A DNA stretch of 57,861 bases from an uncultured Candidatus Saccharibacteria bacterium (GCA_963532195.1 CAUSKH010000001.1:1-57861), one strand, 5' to 3'; numbered from the stretch's first letter, positions 1 to 9,149 are shown. Notes: generated by a model from the letters alone, not told the origin. A program made the numbers and translations.

Positions 1-150
1 AGGTTCTAAGGATTGATTTTCTGCATCATTATTAACTAGCCATGGGTTAGGTTCTAAGGATTGATTTTCTGCATCATTATTATCCAACCATGGATTAGGT
101 TCTAAGGATTGATTTTCTGCATCATTATTAACTAGCCATGGGTTAGGTTC
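1..150. repeat. 48-bp tandem repeat, at least 3 copies (coding)
   Basis: Unit aggttctaaggattgattttctgcatcattattaactagccatgggtt starts at 1, 49 and 97, with a partial copy at 145; the unit length is divisible by 3. Confidence 0.95.
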
Positions 151-204
151 TGGAGCCTGATCTGCTGACAGAGAAGTACTTGATGCGTTATTATGATTTG
201 TCAT
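1..204 (-). CDS. 5' part of a hypothetical protein with 16-aa tandem repeats (runs off the window edge)
   Basis: Not in the ORF track. ATG at 204 reads MTNHNNASSTSLSADQAP-EPNPWLVNNDAENQSL-EPNPWLDNNDAENQSL-EPNPWLVNNDAENQSL-EP and stays open to base 1; a sigma70-like promoter lies upstream. Confidence 0.75.
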   Translation of the reverse strand, partial: MTNHNNASSTSLSADQAPEPNPWLVNNDAENQSLEPNPWLDNNDAENQSLEPNPWLVNNDAENQSLEP

Positions 205-238
205 TTTGTGTTTCTTTTAATTCAATATCTATGTTTGA

Positions 239-267
239 ACTGTAACATATTTACTATCATAAGTCAA
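239..267 (-). promoter_or_regulatory. sigma70-like promoter for the repeat-protein gene
   Basis: Minus strand TTGACT-17 nt-TACAGT, with TG extension. Confidence 0.6.
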
Positions 268-316
268 GTCTTGGCTTATATTAACGCTATTCGTCAATAA
301 GTCATCTCGCTCAAGC

Positions 317-345
317 TTGCTAACTAGCCGGATACGCTGTATAGT
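317..345 (+). promoter_or_regulatory. sigma70-like promoter
   Basis: TTGCTA-17 nt-TATAGT. Confidence 0.55.
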
Positions 346-429
346 AAGCTTAGCCATTATTAGACATATAAGAGGTGGTTAGGAGGCTAGCTCGTCTTAA
401 AGCAGCTTCCGAAGAAGATCAGTATTATC

Positions 430-462
430 ACAACTAGTAGGGTAACCTGCTAGTTGTTTTTT
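430..462 (+). terminator. intrinsic terminator upstream of the 501 CDS
   Basis: Stem ACAACTAGTAGG / GTAA (GNRA loop) / CCTGCTAGTTGT followed by a T tract. Confidence 0.7.
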
Positions 463-500
463 ACTCTAGTAGAGAGTAGAAAGAGAGGACACTCTAAGTA

Positions 501-1802
501 ATGCAAGGTAATTACAGGCCTACCCACAGCGCCAACAGTACTAACTATAGCTCAGCTCCGGCTGATATGGATGGCGCTAATACTGCGCCTTTTACTGTCT
601 CGTATGATCAGACTGGCGTAAATAACCCTCAGATACCTCAGCAGAGCTACAGCCAGGCCGGTAACTTCACTTATAACCCTGGCTACGCCCCCGCTTCTTT
701 CAGCCCAGCTCCGGTCGGTCCTCAACTCTCCTATGCTACATCAGATGCCGGCTATGGTAGCGGCAGTAATATAAATATGGGCTCTCGAGTAGCTGATGCA
801 GTCAGGAATATCAATACCGACCAGATAGCCGGTAATATTGAGTCCGGCATAAGCTACGTCACTGATAAGGCAGGCGAGTTCACTACTGCGGCGAAAGATA
901 AGCTAGCTAACCCGAATCGGCGTAAAGTGCTAGCTATCATGGGCGGGGCGGTAGCCTCACTAGCCCTGGCTATGAGCTTAGGTAACGCAGTGCTAAATAA
1001 GACTAATAGCAGTAGCTACAATCAGACACCACCCACTGCTACGTCTAATAATTCTTCAGCCGAGTCAGACCAAGCAGCAGAAATCAAAGATACCGACCCA
1101 AATATGAATGTCGAGACCGCCGATAGCGAGCATGACGGTAAGATTAGCTACAAGGTGTACAAGATGTACTTTCCACCCAATAGTAGTAATGGTCAATATG
1201 TGTTAGACCACGAAGGCGAAGTCAGCACTCAGTATGACGACAATGATTCACTAGACGCACGAAAAGAAATCACAGGGAATGACCTTCTAGATAAGGCAAC
1301 CGGTAAGATAAACGCTGATGGATCGTTAGACTCCGTCCTCGAAAGTAACCATAGGACCGTCCGAGATGCTCTAAAAGGATTGCTAGGTGAATACGGCGAT
1401 AGCCTCAATAAGAAATATCGAGACAGCTACAGAGCTAACGGTAAAGATGTCTACTCAGAGCCAGCTACCGACTCGTTTGATAATGTAGCATCTGTAACAG
1501 TAGAATACGACTTAAGTAAATATCTTCCTGATATTAGGGACTATAGAAAATGCAAAGTACAATATAAGATAGTGAGTAGCTCTGCGAAGTACACTACACA
1601 TTTTGGACAACGATTCCAATGGCTCATAGGATCTACATCCAATTACTATACAGGCTCAGGCTATGTTAATATTTACGAATCCGACTCGCTCCCGACAGTT
1701 AAGCAACTAATAGAGATAATCAAGAAAGAGAGAAAAGACACCCGTAATAACGAAAATAGTAGCACCGACGACGGTTTCATTACTATATACAACAGAAGTT
1801 AA
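501..1802 (+). CDS. hypothetical single-pass membrane protein
   Basis: 433-aa ORF with AGAGG SD; low-complexity Q/S/Y/P/N N-terminus, hydrophobic segment VLAIMGGAVASLALAMSLG after RRK, polar C-terminal domain. Confidence 0.75.
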   Translation: MQGNYRPTHSANSTNYSSAPADMDGANTAPFTVSYDQTGVNNPQIPQQSYSQAGNFTYNPGYAPASFSPAPVGPQLSYATSDAGYGSGSNINMGSRVADAVRNINTDQIAGNIESGISYVTDKAGEFTTAAKDKLANPNRRKVLAIMGGAVASLALAMSLGNAVLNKTNSSSYNQTPPTATSNNSSAESDQAAEIKDTDPNMNVETADSEHDGKISYKVYKMYFPPNSSNGQYVLDHEGEVSTQYDDNDSLDARKEITGNDLLDKATGKINADGSLDSVLESNHRTVRDALKGLLGEYGDSLNKKYRDSYRANGKDVYSEPATDSFDNVASVTVEYDLSKYLPDIRDYRKCKVQYKIVSSSAKYTTHFGQRFQWLIGSTSNYYTGSGYVNIYESDSLPTVKQLIEIIKKERKDTRNNENSSTDDGFITIYNRS

Positions 1803-1816
1803 TAGACCTACAAGCC

Positions 1817-1856
1817 ATGTAGACAAAGTGAAAATTGACTTTGTCTACATTTTTAT
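1817..1856 (+). terminator. intrinsic terminator overlapping the next promoter
   Basis: 13-bp inverted repeat ATGTAGACAAAGT...ACTTTGTCTACAT followed by TTTTAT. Confidence 0.7.
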
Positions 1857-1863
1857 ATAGATT
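1835..1863 (+). promoter_or_regulatory. promoter for a likely leaderless VirB6-like transcript
   Basis: TTGACT-17 nt-TAGATT, 6 nt before ATG 1870, no SD. Confidence 0.55.
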
Positions 1864-1869
1864 ATTAGC

Positions 1870-4734
1870 ATGAAGATAATGTGGTGGCAAAAGAAAAAAC
1901 ATATCAGCAGACAAGGATTGCGTGTCTTATCCCGGCCAATAGTTTTAGCTATCATAATTATAATAGTTTCTTTTGTATCAATAGTCTCAAGTAAAACAGC
2001 ACAAGCAGGCAAGTATGATGACTGGATGAATGATGAGTTTAAAAAATATGCGAATTCGTCTGCCGCCAGGGCTTGTTCAGAATATATTCGTTCAGATAAT
2101 AAATTTGATCCCTTAAATCCAGGAACATGGGGCGTGGTTAAAGATGGCGCCGACTTTATAAACGGCCTGGTTGGCAATCCTAAACGTTCAGCCACCTCCA
2201 TTAGACCGATAGGTAGGAGAGATTCAAAAGACCCTAATGTAGATTGTAATATAAGTGAGATCGCCGAAGGTGTGACAGGTGAAAAGAACTACTTTTGTAA
2301 TTATCTAAAGAAAAACTCGCAAGGTTACATTGATGCAGGTTTAATAAAGGGCGATAATGCTAAAGCGCACCTAGACAACTGTGACTTAAGTCCTCTACAA
2401 ATATCACCAGAGCTATGGATTGGAGCACTTGACTCGATACCAAAGTATACTCCTAGTAATGCAGTGAAATATGCTGCATATCGAGACGCCATAGAAAAAT
2501 ACTGTTTAAATGATCCAGCATTTACAGAGGCAGAGAATGGGGATAAATTTTGGTCTAAAGTAGGAGATGACGGTAATTGGGTAACCGTACGTGGTTATCC
2601 AAACTATAAGGATAACAACCCTAACGTGGAAATACGACCAATGTACGGAGAGACAATGACTTGCGCAGAAGCGACACAAAAAGCAAGTGAATTAGCAGAT
2701 GCCTATACAAAAGCCGTCAATGAATACCTTGAGAAACATCCCGAAGAGAGAGAAAAACAAAAGAAGGAAGAAGAGGAAAGATCAGAAAATCAAAAGGGCG
2801 ATGAATGTGCTTCCGAGTTGCATGGCTTTGGATCAATAATCTGTTCGGGGCAGAACTTATTTGTCACTATCACTCAGGTCTTATTCAATACAGTAGCAAA
2901 GATACTGGAGTCTCAAGCGGAATTAACTAAAGAGGATGCAGTTCGTCAACAATGGGGCAACCTCCTAAATGTCGCTAATGCCATACTTATCATCGCCTTC
3001 CTGGTAGTAATCTACTCAACCGCTACCTCGACGGGAGGGCTATCAAACTACGACGTCAAGAAGCTACTACCTAGGATTATCATCTTCGCTATGGCGATTA
3101 ACTTATCTTACTATATCTGCATGGCGCTGGTAGATCTATCGAATATTCTGGGGCATGGTATATTCGGGCTATTCCTAGGTGGTAAAGCCGGTGATGCTCC
3201 TCAGCTAGTCGACAGAGCTAAGGAAACCGCCCAAGTAATATCACCTGGGGTAGAGGTTATAACTACCGTAGCTATAGTAGCCATTCTGATATTCTTAGTA
3301 GGACCACCGATAATCATAGCCCTGCTAACCATCCTCTTCGCTCTGGTCGTCCGTGGTATGGCTCTGATGATACTAGTGATCATCTCGCCGGTCGCTATCG
3401 CCTCCTATCTATTCAATAGTCAAGGGCTTAGTAAGGGTTTCACTATGTGGCGAGACAACTACATCAAGCTGCTATTAGTTTACCCCCTCTTTATGCTGGT
3501 CTGGGCCGGATCAAGAGTAGTGTCTAGTCTAAATCCCAATAGCCCCGACGCTGCACTAGCTATATTTGGTCTACTAATGGAAGTGATTTGTCTGGTAGCT
3601 CCTGCGATGTCAATCCTACCTCTCTTCAAAATGTCGGGTGACATCATGGGTAAGGCTACCATCGCTGCTCAGAATAACCGGGGAGCTAACAAGTTTGCCG
3701 ATTGGGCAGGGTCGAAATTTGTAGGAAAACCCGGTGATCCAAATAGTCCCGGTCTGAGAGGAAAGGCAGCAGGAGTAATCGGTGCAGCGGCTGGAGCAGC
3801 TGCCGGGAGAGTAGCCGGTGCTGTTCAAAATGCAAGAGGGGCAGCTAGTACCGGTAATATCGCCAACCAGCTTGACGATCAGGCAATGAACTCTGCTAGG
3901 AATAAAGTAGATAAATACAGCGCTAGCGATCGACATGACGCCTTTACTACCGGCCAAATAAATGGACAGACTCTTAAACCCTACGAGATGCGAGCAGTCA
4001 TTGAGAAGGAGTTACCTAACGCCAGCTCGACAGATGTTAAACAATCAATGCACGCAGTAAATAACGAAGCTCAGAGACTAAAGAAGAATGGACAAAATGC
4101 TGATGCAGATAAACTACTCCGAACGTTTGCTACTACCGCTTCAGCTAATAAAAACTCTCAGATGAGCAGTAAATCACTTAATGACTTTGCTAACAGCGGT
4201 GGTTGGAGTATGGGACAATTTGAAGCAAAATATGCTGATGCTGTAGCTGATTATGCTACTAATGAAATGACAGCTCAAGATATCGCCAGTACTGACGCTG
4301 CTAACCTAGCTCAGATGCGCCAGACTCTACAATACTCCGCCGATAGTGGTGGTAGTGAAGCAGCTGCTGACGCCGGTATGCGTAGTATGGCGAGGCAATC
4401 CAATATCGCTCTGAGTGACCCGAGTCTTAATAGTAAAATGAATGCCCAAACCGCTTCTGAACTGCGAGATAACACTCTATTACGTAGTACAGCTGGAGAA
4501 AAACTCGCCAACACTTACAAGATACCTAATATATATCATGACTATAATGCCGGTGGTGGTTCATCCGCTATAGCTAAACTACATGCAAATAAGATGATGC
4601 GGCATTCTGATTTCGGTAAGTTAGACGCTATAGACCAAAGCAGACTAAGGGCTATCGCCAGTGCCAGTGTACCTACCGGAACCGGTGCTCCCACAACACC
4701 TGTAGCAATAGCTTCCTGGGACAGGAGAGCTTAA
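1870..4734 (+). CDS. VirB6/TrbL-like type IV secretion membrane protein with extended N- and C-termini
   Basis: 954 aa; N-terminal signal/TM, Cys-containing soluble domain, multi-TM core with motifs (W..LLNVAN..LII.FL, KKLLPRIII.AMAINLSYYIC..LVDLSN, VISPVA) typical of CPR VirB6-like proteins, Ala/Gly/Asn-rich tail. Confidence 0.65.
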   Translation: MKIMWWQKKKHISRQGLRVLSRPIVLAIIIIIVSFVSIVSSKTAQAGKYDDWMNDEFKKYANSSAARACSEYIRSDNKFDPLNPGTWGVVKDGADFINGLVGNPKRSATSIRPIGRRDSKDPNVDCNISEIAEGVTGEKNYFCNYLKKNSQGYIDAGLIKGDNAKAHLDNCDLSPLQISPELWIGALDSIPKYTPSNAVKYAAYRDAIEKYCLNDPAFTEAENGDKFWSKVGDDGNWVTVRGYPNYKDNNPNVEIRPMYGETMTCAEATQKASELADAYTKAVNEYLEKHPEEREKQKKEEEERSENQKGDECASELHGFGSIICSGQNLFVTITQVLFNTVAKILESQAELTKEDAVRQQWGNLLNVANAILIIAFLVVIYSTATSTGGLSNYDVKKLLPRIIIFAMAINLSYYICMALVDLSNILGHGIFGLFLGGKAGDAPQLVDRAKETAQVISPGVEVITTVAIVAILIFLVGPPIIIALLTILFALVVRGMALMILVIISPVAIASYLFNSQGLSKGFTMWRDNYIKLLLVYPLFMLVWAGSRVVSSLNPNSPDAALAIFGLLMEVICLVAPAMSILPLFKMSGDIMGKATIAAQNNRGANKFADWAGSKFVGKPGDPNSPGLRGKAAGVIGAAAGAAAGRVAGAVQNARGAASTGNIANQLDDQAMNSARNKVDKYSASDRHDAFTTGQINGQTLKPYEMRAVIEKELPNASSTDVKQSMHAVNNEAQRLKKNGQNADADKLLRTFATTASANKNSQMSSKSLNDFANSGGWSMGQFEAKYADAVADYATNEMTAQDIASTDAANLAQMRQTLQYSADSGGSEAAADAGMRSMARQSNIALSDPSLNSKMNAQTASELRDNTLLRSTAGEKLANTYKIPNIYHDYNAGGGSSAIAKLHANKMMRHSDFGKLDAIDQSRLRAIASASVPTGTGAPTTPVAIASWDRRA

Positions 4735-5388
4735 ATGCCCGACAAGCGTAAGCTATACCTGATAGTCGCAGTGGCGATGGTGGTTATCATGGTTATCATC
4801 ATCATAGCCACGGTGCTGGGTGGTAATAAACGAGACCAAGCTAATACCGGGAGCGGTGGTACTAACACTATTCGTGGTACTAAAATTACCGGTACGGGCG
4901 ACGGCACCGGCGGTAGTTCCTCCAGTTCATCTCGCTCCGGCTCTCATTCCGGATCCAGCTCCAGCACCTCAGGTAGCCGTAGCAGTAATAGCAATGAGAT
5001 CACCCCCGAAGACTACCCGGTTAAGAAGCTTGACCAAGTCGCTCAGAATCTACCCAGGGAAGAAATACTAAATATCCAGCGTCAGATCGGCTATACTCTC
5101 AGGCTTAATAAGGTGTCAGGCGACCATGGCGATATCATCATCCGCAAGAATAGTTATCGTCAGACCATGACTAACGCCGATAAGCTGATCTATCAGACGG
5201 ACTTCATCATCGACTTACCAAAGGTTAAGCAGTCTTACCAGGTAAAAGACAGCTACTCACCCCTGCCCGCCGAGACTTCGGGACTATACGACTATACTAC
5301 GCTGATCCTCTGTCTTGATAAGTCACAGCTAATCTATGGCGACTTCAACTGTAACGACCGGATCAAGAGCGAGCAGCGAGGCTACTAG
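4735..5388 (+). CDS. hypothetical membrane-anchored protein with Gly/Ser linker
   Basis: Abuts the VirB6-like stop; N-terminal TM, poly-Ser/Gly linker, C-terminal domain with two Cys. Confidence 0.7.
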   Translation: MPDKRKLYLIVAVAMVVIMVIIIIATVLGGNKRDQANTGSGGTNTIRGTKITGTGDGTGGSSSSSSRSGSHSGSSSSTSGSRSSNSNEITPEDYPVKKLDQVAQNLPREEILNIQRQIGYTLRLNKVSGDHGDIIIRKNSYRQTMTNADKLIYQTDFIIDLPKVKQSYQVKDSYSPLPAETSGLYDYTTLILCLDKSQLIYGDFNCNDRIKSEQRGY

Positions 5389-5416
5389 CTAGCCACCGAA
5401 TAATCATAAACTCTTT

Positions 5417-5443
5417 CTGGCACTCTAGGCTTGCAAGTGCTAA
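5417..5443 (+). promoter_or_regulatory. CIRCE element (HrcA operator)
   Basis: CTGGCACTC-N9-AAGTGCTAA versus consensus TTAGCACTC-N9-GAGTGCTAA, directly upstream of groES. Confidence 0.85.
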
Positions 5444-5459
5444 CTATCTGCGCTATATT
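5431..5459 (+). promoter_or_regulatory. groESL promoter
   Basis: TTGCAA-17 nt-TATATT; the -35 box lies inside the CIRCE. Confidence 0.7.
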
Positions 5460-5492
5460 AGCTGTATCGGTCAATATGATAAGGAGGAGTAA

Positions 5493-5768
5493 ATGAGCAA
5501 TGTTCCACTTCGTCCATTAGCTGATCGCTTAGTCGCTATGCGGGAAGAAGCCGCCACTAAGACAGCTACCGGACTATACCTACCGGCTGATACTAAGGAA
5601 AAATCGCAGATCGCTAAGGTAGTAGCAGTCGGTCAGGGCGTCAAGGAGATTAAGGCAGGGGAGCGAATCGTAGTACGAGAATACTCGACTAGTGATATCA
5701 AGGTAGATGGAGTCGAGTATCTGATCGTTAAAGAGGAAGATGTCCTGGCAATAGTAAAGGAGAAATAA
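5493..5768 (+). CDS. groES: co-chaperonin GroES
   Basis: LRPLADR, GLYLP, VVAVGQG, YLIVKEEDVLAIV; strong AAGGAGGAG SD. Confidence 0.98.
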   Translation: MSNVPLRPLADRLVAMREEAATKTATGLYLPADTKEKSQIAKVVAVGQGVKEIKAGERIVVREYSTSDIKVDGVEYLIVKEEDVLAIVKEK

Positions 5769-7394
5769 ATGGCAAAGCAAGTATTCTATGGTGATGAAGC
5801 GAGAGAGAAGGTTCTCGCCGGTGCTAAGACCCTCGCCGATGCAGTCAAGACCACTATGGGGCCGAAGGGGCGCAATGTAGTCATCAGCAAGTCCTACGGC
5901 GGACCGAATGTTACCCACGACGGTGTCACCGTCGCCGAGGCGATTGACCTGCCGGAAAATGAGGATAATCTGGGTGAGAAGGTTGGCGCCGAGCTAATCA
6001 AACAGGCAGCCAAGAAGATGAACAAGGCGGCCGGTGATGGCACTACCACCGTGACTGTCCTGACCTACGAAATCTTGAAAGAGGCTAATCGGCTGATCGC
6101 CGCCGGACATAATCCGATGGAGCTGCGCAAGGGTGTCGAAAAGGCCGGCGCTCAGGTACTAAGTGAGCTTAATAAGATCGCCGAGCCAGTCGATGGTAAG
6201 AACGATCTCATCACCGAGGTGGCCAGTATCAGTGCCGGTGACACCGAGATCGGCAAGTTGATCGCCAGTGTCATCTCTCGTATCGGTAAAGATGGGGTAG
6301 TCAGTGTCGAGGCCGGTCAGGGTCTAGCTATGGAGTCGGAAATCACCGAAGGCTTCACCTTTGACCGAGGCTACGTCTCGGCCTATATGGCGACTGATAC
6401 CAATAGAATGGAAGCTGTCTATGATAAGCCGGCTATCATCATCACCGACAAGAAGATTAGCTCAGCTCAAGAAATGCTACCGCTAATGGAAAAATTGGTT
6501 GCCTCCGGCAAGAAAGATATCGTGCTGATCGCCGAAGATGTCGAGGGTGAAGCACTGGGTATCCTTATCCTTAACCGACTTAAGGGAGCTCTTAATACCG
6601 TCGCCGTTAAGGCGCCGTCCTTTGGCGATCGGCGCAAGGAAGTCTTGCAAGATATCGCCACATTAACCGGAGCTAGCGTCATTACTTCCGATCAAGGCAT
6701 GACCTTTGATAACGTCGGTCTGGAAGTGGTCGGCTCAGCCCGTAAGGTGATTGTCGCTAAGGATAATACTACGATCATCGAAGGAGCCGGTGATAAGACT
6801 ACCATTAGCCAGCGCATCGACCAGATCAAGACCCAGGCTGGCGTCGCTACCTCAGATTATGATCGAGAGCAGCTGGATAAGCGAGCTGCTGCCCTCAGTG
6901 GTAAAGTCGCCGTGATTAAGGTCGGCGGGGCAACCGAGACTGAGATCGACGAGAAGAAATATCGGGTAGATGACGCCGTAGCAGCCGTCAAGGCAGCCTT
7001 GCTGGAAGGAATAGTGCCGGGTGGTGGAGTAACCCCGATCAACTTAGCCGGCAAGATTACCGGCGATAGTGCCGGAGCGGAGATCGTGCGCAATGCTCTG
7101 CTGATGCCTTTTAAGCAGCTGGCTACTAATGCCGGCTTGAACGCCGAAGCACTCTTAGCTCAGGTACAAGAGGCTAAGCCCAGCTATGGTGTCGACGTAG
7201 CAAACTACCAAGGCAAGCTGATCGACCTAAAGAAAGCCGGAGTGGTTGACCCGGCGATGGTTACTTACCAAGCGATCCAGAACGCCGTCTCGATCGCCAG
7301 TACTGCCATGACTATGGGAGCGCTGGTAGTAGATATCCCCGAGAAGCCGACCGCCGAAGCAGCCGGTAATCCCGGTATGGGCATGGGCTACTAG
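5769..7394 (+). CDS. groEL: chaperonin GroEL
   Basis: TMGPKGRNV, AGDGTTT, KAPSFGDRRK, GMGMG tail. Confidence 0.99.
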   Translation: MAKQVFYGDEAREKVLAGAKTLADAVKTTMGPKGRNVVISKSYGGPNVTHDGVTVAEAIDLPENEDNLGEKVGAELIKQAAKKMNKAAGDGTTTVTVLTYEILKEANRLIAAGHNPMELRKGVEKAGAQVLSELNKIAEPVDGKNDLITEVASISAGDTEIGKLIASVISRIGKDGVVSVEAGQGLAMESEITEGFTFDRGYVSAYMATDTNRMEAVYDKPAIIITDKKISSAQEMLPLMEKLVASGKKDIVLIAEDVEGEALGILILNRLKGALNTVAVKAPSFGDRRKEVLQDIATLTGASVITSDQGMTFDNVGLEVVGSARKVIVAKDNTTIIEGAGDKTTISQRIDQIKTQAGVATSDYDREQLDKRAAALSGKVAVIKVGGATETEIDEKKYRVDDAVAAVKAALLEGIVPGGGVTPINLAGKITGDSAGAEIVRNALLMPFKQLATNAGLNAEALLAQVQEAKPSYGVDVANYQGKLIDLKKAGVVDPAMVTYQAIQNAVSIASTAMTMGALVVDIPEKPTAEAAGNPGMGMGY

Positions 7395-7422
7395 TTAAAC
7401 TAGCTAGTGCACTCTCTAAGCT

Positions 7423-7451
7423 ATATAGCCCGAGTTATACTCGGGCTATAT
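7423..7451. terminator. hairpin between convergent genes (likely bidirectional terminator)
   Basis: ATATAGCCCGAGT-tat-ACTCGGGCTATAT. Confidence 0.7.
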
Positions 7452-7485
7452 TAAGCTAGTCAAGCTAAGTCTCAGGAGGGTAGAA

Positions 7486-8022
7486 CTAACCTTTCTTCTG
7501 AGTGAAGAAATCGATCTCTTTTAAGATATCCAGGAGTGCCTGGGCTCTCTTCACTTCATCAGGGATCGCCATAGCGGTCTGATGTGCCATCGGGATGAGC
7601 GAACTATCATCGATCGTCCGAATCAGCAGTAGGAGAGTATCAAACTTGTCAGCCGGTGCTAAGAAATCCAGCCTATTTACCAGTGGTCGTAACTCTGAGA
7701 TAACTTGCAGACGAATATCGCCAAGTGCTCCGTTATCGACATTATGACCTAGCGGATTAACGTTCGGTGGGGTAACAGGCTCCGACTTCGTCTTGGCCGG
7801 CTTAGCAGGCTGAGCTAAGACATCGGTCAAGATAGGGTCAGCAGGTTGAGCCGGGGCAGATTTGCCGGTCGGTTTGGCCGGAGCAGCCGGAGTTGGTTTA
7901 GCCGGCTGAGCCGCCGGTTGGTTCACCACCTGACCGGCTGGCGCATTAGTCTGTTGCTCCTGCCGCAAGCTGGCGATCATCTTGTTTAGCTCTTCATCAT
8001 TAACACCCGATTGATTCTGCAT
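7486..8022 (-). CDS. hypothetical protein with Pro/Ala-rich linker and helical C-terminal domain
   Basis: 178-aa ORF with GGTGGGGG SD and upstream TGCTATAAT. Confidence 0.75.
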   Translation of the reverse strand: MQNQSGVNDEELNKMIASLRQEQQTNAPAGQVVNQPAAQPAKPTPAAPAKPTGKSAPAQPADPILTDVLAQPAKPAKTKSEPVTPPNVNPLGHNVDNGALGDIRLQVISELRPLVNRLDFLAPADKFDTLLLLIRTIDDSSLIPMAHQTAMAIPDEVKRAQALLDILKEIDFFTQKKG

Positions 8023-8096
8023 ACCCCCACCTGTTTTTAGTTATAAAAGTAGTATAATTATAGCATAAGAGTCATAACAAACAAGAAAAGAGGTAT

Positions 8097-9149
8097 ATGA
8101 ACCTAGATAGTATCGATCAGATCAAGCAAGCCGACCCGGAGCAAGCCCTGACCGTCATTAGTAACTCGGCTGATCAGCTCAGTTTTCAGCCTGAGCTACA
8201 CCACGAGGTAGGAGAACACAGCGAGGTTAGAAATATCATCATCAGCGGCATGGGCGGCTCGTGCTTAGCCGGGCTAATCTGTCAGGCTTGGCTGGATCAT
8301 GATTATCAGCTCAGTGTACCGCTGGAGGTAAGTCGAGACTATCAGCTACCCACTTACACCGATAGTCACTCCTTAGTTATCTGCGTCAGCGTCAGCGGTA
8401 ATACCGAAGAGACGATCAGTTCGTTGACTGACGCTCAGAATAAAGGAGCGATGACGACCGTTATCACTAGCGGTGGTAAGTTGCTGGAGCTCGCCATAGC
8501 GCAGCATCTACCATATATCCGGCTGGACAAGATCAGTCAGCCTCGCTATGGCGTACCGATGCACTTACTGGCTATCGCCGGCATCTTAGAGGCTTATCAA
8601 GTGATAGATCATCAGCCGGTCACTCAACTAGTAAGCTCAACTGAGAGCATCAGACAGTTCGCTCAGTCGCTGACCCCCGAGGTAGCTACTGAACATAACC
8701 CGGCTAAGAAGCTAGCCCTTGATTGCGCCGGTAAAACTCCCTTGGTCTATACCAGCCACCTCTTTAGCCCCTTAGCCTACAAGTGGAAGACCAGCTTTAA
8801 CGAAAACGCTAAGAACATCATCTGGTGTAATGAGTTCCCCGAGTTCAATCATAATGAGTTCATCGGCTGGACTTCTCATCCGATCGATAAGCCTTTCTGT
8901 GTGATCAATCTGAGGAGTAATCTCGATAACCCCAGAATCAACCGGCGGCTTGACCTAACCGACCGCCTCTTATCCGGCTTCCGCCCCCAAGCACACAACC
9001 TTACTCTAGCAGGTCAGAGCTACATCGAGCAGGTGCTTAATGGCGCCATCCTAGGTGACATGGCCAGTATCTACCTGGCCTTCCTTAACGGTGTTGACCC
9101 GACTCCGGTAGCACTGGTAGAGAAGTTTAAGCAGGAATTAGTTAAATAA
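8097..9149 (+). CDS. bifunctional phosphoglucose/phosphomannose isomerase (SIS family)
   Basis: GMGGS, SVSGNTEET, TSGG, WKTSFNENAK, FPEFNHNE, GVDPTPV..VEKFK. Confidence 0.92.
   Translation: MNLDSIDQIKQADPEQALTVISNSADQLSFQPELHHEVGEHSEVRNIIISGMGGSCLAGLICQAWLDHDYQLSVPLEVSRDYQLPTYTDSHSLVICVSVSGNTEETISSLTDAQNKGAMTTVITSGGKLLELAIAQHLPYIRLDKISQPRYGVPMHLLAIAGILEAYQVIDHQPVTQLVSSTESIRQFAQSLTPEVATEHNPAKKLALDCAGKTPLVYTSHLFSPLAYKWKTSFNENAKNIIWCNEFPEFNHNEFIGWTSHPIDKPFCVINLRSNLDNPRINRRLDLTDRLLSGFRPQAHNLTLAGQSYIEQVLNGAILGDMASIYLAFLNGVDPTPVALVEKFKQELVK

Noticed and set aside
1..150. CRISPR array
   Set aside because: The 48-bp units are contiguous with no unique spacers, keep a reading frame, and no cas genes are present.
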